The notes below the pieces were generated by a model. It did not search any database and had not been told where the DNA came from. It worked only from the letters and a program-made list of their open reading frames with translations. A stretch of DNA of 55,706 nt from a virus. The stretch is from IMG/VR virus record IMGVR_UViG_3300007345_000047; one strand, 5' to 3'. Shown piece after piece: positions 50,557-55,706 of the stretch. Numbering within the stretch: the stretch's first letter is position 1; every line of letters starts with the position of its first letter. Both the position numbers and the translations under genes were made by a program.

Positions 50557-51978
50557 CTAGCTGGGTCTACCCCTATTAGGCAAGCCAGGTGTTCCGCTGC
50601 GATTACCGAAGTCGGTCGCTTTATTGGAGAGAGTCTGTACTTTAGGGGGTCTCCACTCTTGGTGTGCGTCGTCTCGAGTAAGACCTGGAAACAATTCAGT
50701 GAAGCCCCAGATTGCAGAGTCTGCTCTATCTGGAGACTTCATGCCCTTGTACCCGTCTGGGTAGAAGCTGCACATTTGCTCTTCGATCTCTGGGTAGTAC
50801 CCGTAGTGCCGGATCCTGCCTCGTTCGTACAGTGTAGCTATCGGCGCGGCTCGAACGACTTTTCCCCTGGTGGCGTGCACGAGTTTGACTGGAATGTTTT
50901 CACCTCCGATATTTCCTGCTTCAATCGTGTGCTTAACCATTGCGCCACCATAGTTCGACTCGCCGACCACACAGTCTGCTTTATGTCGTTGAAACGCATC
51001 ACCCACGATTTTCGACCAAGTGCTGGGTCCGTACTTGCCGGAGAGGTCTTCGAGGAGGTAGCCTTTCCCATCCGTGCCCAGGCCAGTAACAGTGATGCCA
51101 ATCTCGTCTGATCGGCTATCTTCATCATCGCTCTCACATCCAGAGGGATCGACGTTGACGGTAAGCCTAACCATGTCAGGACACTCATCGCCAGCCGAAC
51201 CCGTACAGCGTGTGGCATCAAGTATCTCGTCGTTCCAAAGCGAATCGTTGTCTTCATCAGAAAACTGGCCCAGAAAGAAACGCTTCCGTTCTTTTTCAGG
51301 CATCTCTGCAAGCCGTTGGAGGTACTTGGCATCGAGGTTCTCCTGATTATCGAGGGGATTCATAAACATGAACCCTACGCTCATCGGGGTTATTAGGGGT
51401 TTATTCGTGTCTGGGGACTTCTTCTCCACGAAGTATTTGTACGTCCAGTGGCGTTTCGAGGGTGGGTTAAAGTCATAATACGACTTCAGAGCCAGACCAG
51501 GGCACACTTGCGCTAGACGTGTCAGTGCTAGTTTAACTGACTGCCAAGGTATCTGGCTACACTCGTTGAAGTAGATGGTCGCGTACTCGTTACCGAGGAT
51601 GTTCTCCACACGGTCTTTGTCGTCCAGTCCACCGAACCATATCTCGGATCCGTTGGGCAGTTTGTAGAACCAGTCCGTCTTGTTGAGGTTCTTCTCGGAG
51701 TAGACCCCTGGATAGCACAGCCCCATCATCTTGGGGAAGGTGTCACGCACAATGGCTTTGATGATAGCGTTCTGCCGGAAACGCAAGATAGCGTGCCGAC
51801 TATTGGGAACTCTGAGTGCTCGGGTCGCTACAGCGTAGCAGAGCAGGAATGTCTTACCGGATCGTGAACCGCCACCCAAGCCAAAATCCGCGGCATCAGA
51901 ACCCAGTGCATCGACTGCAGAGCCCTGTTGCGCGGTTAGCTTGAATTTCTTAGGTTTCGCCGTGGGGGCTACGGTCAT
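50557..51978 (-). CDS. terL: Terminase large subunit
   Basis: Walker A GLGGGSRSGKTF. Acidic nuclease-half motifs lie in the C-terminal part. 473 aa. Confidence 0.85.
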   Translation of the reverse strand: MTVAPTAKPKKFKLTAQQGSAVDALGSDAADFGLGGGSRSGKTFLLCYAVATRALRVPNSRHAILRFRQNAIIKAIVRDTFPKMMGLCYPGVYSEKNLNKTDWFYKLPNGSEIWFGGLDDKDRVENILGNEYATIYFNECSQIPWQSVKLALTRLAQVCPGLALKSYYDFNPPSKRHWTYKYFVEKKSPDTNKPLITPMSVGFMFMNPLDNQENLDAKYLQRLAEMPEKERKRFFLGQFSDEDNDSLWNDEILDATRCTGSAGDECPDMVRLTVNVDPSGCESDDEDSRSDEIGITVTGLGTDGKGYLLEDLSGKYGPSTWSKIVGDAFQRHKADCVVGESNYGGAMVKHTIEAGNIGGENIPVKLVHATRGKVVRAAPIATLYERGRIRHYGYYPEIEEQMCSFYPDGYKGMKSPDRADSAIWGFTELFPGLTRDDAHQEWRPPKVQTLSNKATDFGNRSGTPGLPNRGRPS

Positions 51979-52331
51979 AGCAGGGACGCTGCTCCTTCAA
52001 TCTTGACTATCATGGTTTCTACTTCGCCTTCAGGCTTATCTCTCCAGCCCTGATTCTTCAATGAGAACACTGGGCCAGCGACGTTCACGCCTTTGTTGAA
52101 TAGCTGCTCTGCAGTAAACTGCTCGATCCTTAGACACGCACGGTTCGCGGCATCGTTGAATTCTTTGTGGCTATCGTCATGTCGGTAGCTGTGTAGCGTA
52201 CGGGTACTCGAAAACCCCAAAGCGTAGGCGAGACCTGGCATCGTAAGAGGCCGCTCGAACTCTTTGCAGTTGTCGAAGTATTCGTCTGCTAGGAGCTCTA
52301 GCTCCAAGGGGGACGTTAGTATTTTAGGCAC
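51975..52331 (-). CDS. terS: Terminase small subunit
   Basis: 118 aa directly upstream of terL. The N-terminus ...LELELLADEYF..C......PLTMPGLAYALGF is typical of TerS HTH regions. Confidence 0.65.
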   Translation of the reverse strand: MPKILTSPLELELLADEYFDNCKEFERPLTMPGLAYALGFSSTRTLHSYRHDDSHKEFNDAANRACLRIEQFTAEQLFNKGVNVAGPVFSLKNQGWRDKPEGEVETMIVKIEGAASLL

Positions 52332-52758
52332 GGGGCACCTCGTAAAGTTGTACTGGCAATCCGGAGTTTATATCCACATCGCACGCAATTTCTACAGCTC
52401 GTTTCGCTGTGGCTCCAGCTAGTATAGCACCCAGTGCTACCTCCTTCCCAGTGCCCATCGTATATGGGGGCAGCAGCTGTGTAGGGCTCAGATCCTGGCA
52501 GTACAGGTAGCACTTGCCGTCTGGCTTTAGGTGTATCACAGAGAACCCGTCATCTGCTAGGTCTGGTGGATCGTCCTTCTTCCCGCCCCGCTTGAGCCAT
52601 CTGATGACTTCCTTGCAGGTACTCACGGTTCCCGCAAATGCGTAAATGTTTCCCTTATATTTGATTAGTTTCTTACAGGGGTGTAGGTCTCGGATGTTAG
52701 CTTCGGTAGACTGCGAGTCGGATGCTATGTGTGTTCCGTCCCATGCAATCGTTGTCAT
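52324..52758 (-). CDS. HslV / proteasome beta-subunit-like Ntn hydrolase
   Basis: MTTIAWDGTHIASDSQST (Thr directly after Met), FAGTVSTC and TMGTGKEVALGAILAG parallel HslV TTIV..DGQ.., GFAGGTAD and GSGG. Confidence 0.65.
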   Translation of the reverse strand: MTTIAWDGTHIASDSQSTEANIRDLHPCKKLIKYKGNIYAFAGTVSTCKEVIRWLKRGGKKDDPPDLADDGFSVIHLKPDGKCYLYCQDLSPTQLLPPYTMGTGKEVALGAILAGATAKRAVEIACDVDINSGLPVQLYEVPRA

Positions 52759-53373
52759 TTACTCGAACCTGTCGAAGCCATACGCAATAGCGTTAAAGCT
52801 GTCTGCGTTAGTGCAATCATCCCTGATCGTCATAATTAGTCTCTGGGTTGTCCCAGCGTCTAGCTTGACTCCAAACACGGGCATCACACTCTCCAGGTCG
52901 ATAGTGATGAAGTAGCCGTAGTCGTTGTTAGCGTTAACGCCTCTCACTTCCCAATCAGAACGTACAGCTTCGTGTGACAACCGGAACATATCCTGATTGG
53001 TCTTAATGCCGTCATGTATATCTACCTCTCCCCTGAGAGACACGAAGTGCATACGACAGCCGTTAGCCAATGCTACTGCGTCAGCGAACAGGTACGGCTG
53101 GGATGTGCCTCCGTATCCCACTAGCATAGCTATGTTGGTTATGTACCTGTCATCCGTAGTTGCGGCTGGGACATAGAACTCTACGTTGGTCACAGATCCG
53201 TCCACGCCCATGTCATTAGAGCCACCGGCTGTACCGTCCAATGTCAAATACTGACGGAACGGCCTAGCCTGTTGAGCACCAAACGGTGGGTAAGGGGCGT
53301 TGGAGACACGCAGCTCACCGTCTTGCGTGATCCTAGCCTCTAGCCCGCCCTGAGTTATCTGAACCTTTGCCAC
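52759..53373 (-). CDS. Hypothetical beta-rich protein
   Basis: 204-aa ORF. Confidence 0.55.
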   Translation of the reverse strand: MAKVQITQGGLEARITQDGELRVSNAPYPPFGAQQARPFRQYLTLDGTAGGSNDMGVDGSVTNVEFYVPAATTDDRYITNIAMLVGYGGTSQPYLFADAVALANGCRMHFVSLRGEVDIHDGIKTNQDMFRLSHEAVRSDWEVRGVNANNDYGYFITIDLESVMPVFGVKLDAGTTQRLIMTIRDDCTNADSFNAIAYGFDRFE

Positions 53374-53930
53374 TAACTAGCTCCTACAGTCTCGAAGTGG
53401 AACAGGCAATCTAGCTCACATAGACCCGTTGTGCCTGTGTCGTACTCAACCGCAATAGCTGTATTGGGAGCTAGGATAAGGCCGCCACTCCAATCCATGT
53501 GAGCCTCGCCTGTGGCCTCTGTACGGTGTGTGCCAATCTGAGTCACGTTAGTTAGGCCGGTGATAGTCGCAGCACCGCCCATAACCGTGGCTTCGGCGGC
53601 TCTGCCAGAACCGAGGTTTATGTTGGCTGGGGTGATAAGTGTACCGCCCGCTGCTGTGCCGGTCACTTGGAATATCTTCCAGTGTACGGCCTCTATTGAA
53701 TGAAACTCCAGAGAGTCAACCATTATATTCTTGTCTGCTGATGCATTCTTGAGGTAGTACACAATCTGACCAGCAGCCGCAGAGAAGCTAGGCATCACCG
53801 CATTGAAGGCTAGACCGTCATCTCTACTGATGTAGAACAACCTGTTCTTACTCTTGGAGGACACGTTGCCCCTCTGAACAGAGGATACTGACATATCCCC
53901 ATTCTTACCTTTACCGTCTTCAATCTTCAT
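53373..53930 (-). CDS. Hypothetical beta-rich protein
   Basis: 185-aa ORF. Confidence 0.55.
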   Translation of the reverse strand: MKIEDGKGKNGDMSVSSVQRGNVSSKSKNRLFYISRDDGLAFNAVMPSFSAAAGQIVYYLKNASADKNIMVDSLEFHSIEAVHWKIFQVTGTAAGGTLITPANINLGSGRAAEATVMGGAATITGLTNVTQIGTHRTEATGEAHMDWSGGLILAPNTAIAVEYDTGTTGLCELDCLFHFETVGAS

Positions 53931-54123
53931 TCGTCACGTCTCCGTTAGATATACCGGTAGCGAAGGCTTCCTCGAACCGTGTATTAAGTAATTTGAGGTG
54001 CTCTCGCATCCCCGCTAATTGTTCCGTTTGTGTCGTCCCCTGCTCCAACTCGAACCTGGCCGCTTCTGTAGCTTCGCCCAGTTGCGTCGATCCCTTAGAG
54101 TTTACCAGATGTGAGATACTCAT
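53920..54123 (-). CDS. Hypothetical protein
   Basis: 67-aa ORF. Confidence 0.45.
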   Translation of the reverse strand: MSISHLVNSKGSTQLGEATEAARFELEQGTTQTEQLAGMREHLKLLNTRFEEAFATGISNGDVTNED

Positions 54124-54536
54124 GGCACCACCGTCTCGCCCTCAAGGGATCCGTAAATTTTGAAATTGGCAGCACCAGCTACCGACGACTTCACACCGAT
54201 GGTGCCGGCGTTCTGATAATCGGCGATGCTCTCCTCCCCATACAGCTGGAAGATGTCGCCTGGACCGAGGACGTACTCATCGACCAGGACGTTGTTATCG
54301 TCATACGTCGATCCGGTGGGGTCGTGCCACACCGAGACGGACGTATTCTGCGTCGAGGAGACGTTAACTATGTGAATCAAATCAATGTTGTACTGCCCAA
54401 AATAAGGCACAGTGAAAGCCGCAACCGCGGTCGTCGAGGACGGTAGTGCCTGTCCCAGTCGCCGTCTCGCGCCAGTAATGGCCGCGGCACTGGCTTTGGG
54501 TATGAATTTAGTAGGTATAGCCATGTGGGTGTCCAA
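54120..54536 (-). CDS. Hypothetical beta-rich protein
   Basis: ORF with a TTG track start. ATG 54524 (MAIPTKF) is an alternative start. Confidence 0.5.
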   Translation of the reverse strand: MDTHMAIPTKFIPKASAAAITGARRRLGQALPSSTTAVAAFTVPYFGQYNIDLIHIVNVSSTQNTSVSVWHDPTGSTYDDNNVLVDEYVLGPGDIFQLYGEESIADYQNAGTIGVKSSVAGAANFKIYGSLEGETVVP

Positions 54537-54704
54537 GAATTAGTTTGACTGGCCCCCGATCCCCTGCGAAAGGGATCAGTTGGGTTGCACCCAGACTCAG
54601 CTCAGGATTGAGTATATCAGGCGAAGAATGCTAGGTACACAGCGAAGGAGCCTACCCCTATGACGACCAGCCTTAACATCCAGGCAGGTGGCATCTCGTC
54701 ATCT

Positions 54705-55163
54705 TCAGGCACGGTAGCATCCATTAGCAAGGGTGCACGGTTTAGCGAGCGACTTAACAGGGACTGCCGTCCAATTAGTTTTCCCGTCCATATCCGTAAA
54801 TGTGACTATAATCTCGGTGACTCCAGAGACGATTAGGATCCCAAAGTCCTTAGTATAAATCCCGTCCCCTACTAGCCGCTGGTCGCCGTTCTCATCGATC
54901 CATACGAACAACATACGTCCATATCGGTCAGACTGGCAGCGGACATAAGTAAATTCGTGATCCTGCCCAGAACTGCAAGCCAGCAGCGGCTTGTCCTCGA
55001 CTTCAGGCTCCAGCAGTCGCTGGGTGTTTGTGGTCACATCCTCGATGGGTGCGGGTCGCAGCAGCACGACAGCCATCCACAGCATAGCAAGTGCAGGAAC
55101 AATGACAGCAGCCGCTATCAGAACATACGGCCACTTTGGTGGATTAGATTTTTTGACGGCCAT
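54705..55163 (-). CDS. N-terminally anchored membrane protein
   Basis: ATG 55163 overlaps the upstream stop (TGATG). TM helix WPYVLIAAAVIVPALAMLWMAVVLL. Confidence 0.55.
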   Translation of the reverse strand: MAVKKSNPPKWPYVLIAAAVIVPALAMLWMAVVLLRPAPIEDVTTNTQRLLEPEVEDKPLLACSSGQDHEFTYVRCQSDRYGRMLFVWIDENGDQRLVGDGIYTKDFGILIVSGVTEIIVTFTDMDGKTNWTAVPVKSLAKPCTLANGCYRA

Positions 55164-55399
55164 CAGAAGCACTCCAAGGTGTGTAGTTGTCGGGTCGCAC
55201 AGTAGCGGTAAGCCTCTCGCCAGTGCTTCTCGTCTTCGTCCCGCTGCTGCAGGGTGTTGAGTTCCCTATTAGCGTACTTGCGGTTCTCTATCGTCTCCTG
55301 GTCAAGCACTACCCCGAAAGCCCGCTCCTGATCCGTACGGTAATCCACATTGCAGTGAACCAGGACGAGTAGGAGCATTGGGTAGATTAAGCGTCTCAT
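55163..55399 (-). CDS. Small secreted protein (signal peptide)
   Basis: N-terminus MRRLIYPMLLLVLVHC. It is the first gene of the late - strand block. Confidence 0.55.
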   Translation of the reverse strand: MRRLIYPMLLLVLVHCNVDYRTDQERAFGVVLDQETIENRKYANRELNTLQQRDEDEKHWREAYRYCATRQLHTLECF

Positions 55400-55430
55400 T
55401 TACCCATGATATCTCCTTATGGGTACTTTT

Positions 55431-55493
55431 TGTATATAAAACGCCATTTGTTACACACTGCGGCCTCTTTGTGTATACAAAGCGCCATTTATG
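55431..55493. repeat. Two 21-bp direct repeats, 42 bp apart, in the late control region
   Basis: tgtatataaaacgccatttgt (55431-55451) and tgtatacaaagcgccatttat (55473-55493), with 3 mismatches. Confidence 0.85.
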
Positions 55494-55583
55494 ACTTTTT
55501 CATATTTTAGAACTGCAGGGGTTTTTGGTCGCTGAGAGCGTGTTCGCCTATTGGGCGCGTAGCGAAAGGTCGCAGCCCCCCTC

Positions 55584-55706
55584 AGATCAGGGGGGTGCCC
55601 CCAGCAGCCAGCAGCAGCCAGCAGCCTGAGAGCCCCGCCAGGCGTGGCCTGTAGCCCTCCCAGCCAGCCACCAGCAGCCACCAGCCAGCCCCGATCCGCT
55701 CCCAGC
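55584..55706. repeat. Terminal direct repeat / circularisation overlap, right copy
   Basis: Identical to 1-123. The copy starts inside the loop of a C6/G6 hairpin (55576-55595). Confidence 0.95.

Noticed and set aside
54617-54679. 20-aa hydrophobic mini-ORF (MLRLVVIGVGSFAVYLAFFA) on the - strand in the 54537-54704 gap
   Set aside because: There is no Shine-Dalgarno sequence in front of the ATG and the ORF is very short. It is kept only as a note. The gap also has a GATCCC-8 nt-GGGATC hairpin (54560-54579) with no U-tract on either strand.

Overview
The window is one complete tailed dsDNA phage genome. Bases 1-123 recur exactly at 55584-55706, so the unit length is 55583 bp. Gene content looks podovirus-like (inference): T7-type adaptor and nozzle-like proteins, a 2841-aa internal/ejection protein, and no tape-measure or sheath genes. 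There are four transcription blocks. (i) A + strand early block (about 598-6515) encodes a PAPS-reductase-like PP-loop enzyme, a C5-cytosine methyltransferase, a CsrA homologue and small unknown genes. (ii) A - strand block (16328 down to 6468) encodes a PD-(D/E)XK nuclease, an SSB-like protein, a family A DNA polymerase, an array of small paralogous genes, an HD hydrolase, a metallophosphoesterase and membrane proteins. (iii) A + strand block (16447-23420) encodes an SF2 helicase, a secreted metzincin, a VRR-NUC-like nuclease, a TetR-type HTH protein, a primase-helicase and a lysozyme-like protein. (iv) A - strand late block (55399 down to 23417) encodes TerS, TerL, portal, scaffold, capsid, adaptor, nozzle, the giant polyvalent protein and a tail fibre. 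About 1 kb of non-coding sequence (55400 through the junction to 680) carries CAG/CTG-type trinucleotide repeats. The most notable observations are these. Two type II hammerhead ribozymes sit on stop codons in the early operon. A covarying two-hairpin RNA motif occurs twice in the same operon. A phage csrA homologue co-occurs with UACARGGA-type start regions on the early genes. The methyltransferase gene shows MTase-like motifs in two overlapping reading frames. A cassette-like array of small genes is joined by a conserved ATGAGTRA stop/start overlap. All functional calls come from motif reading by eye; no database search was run.
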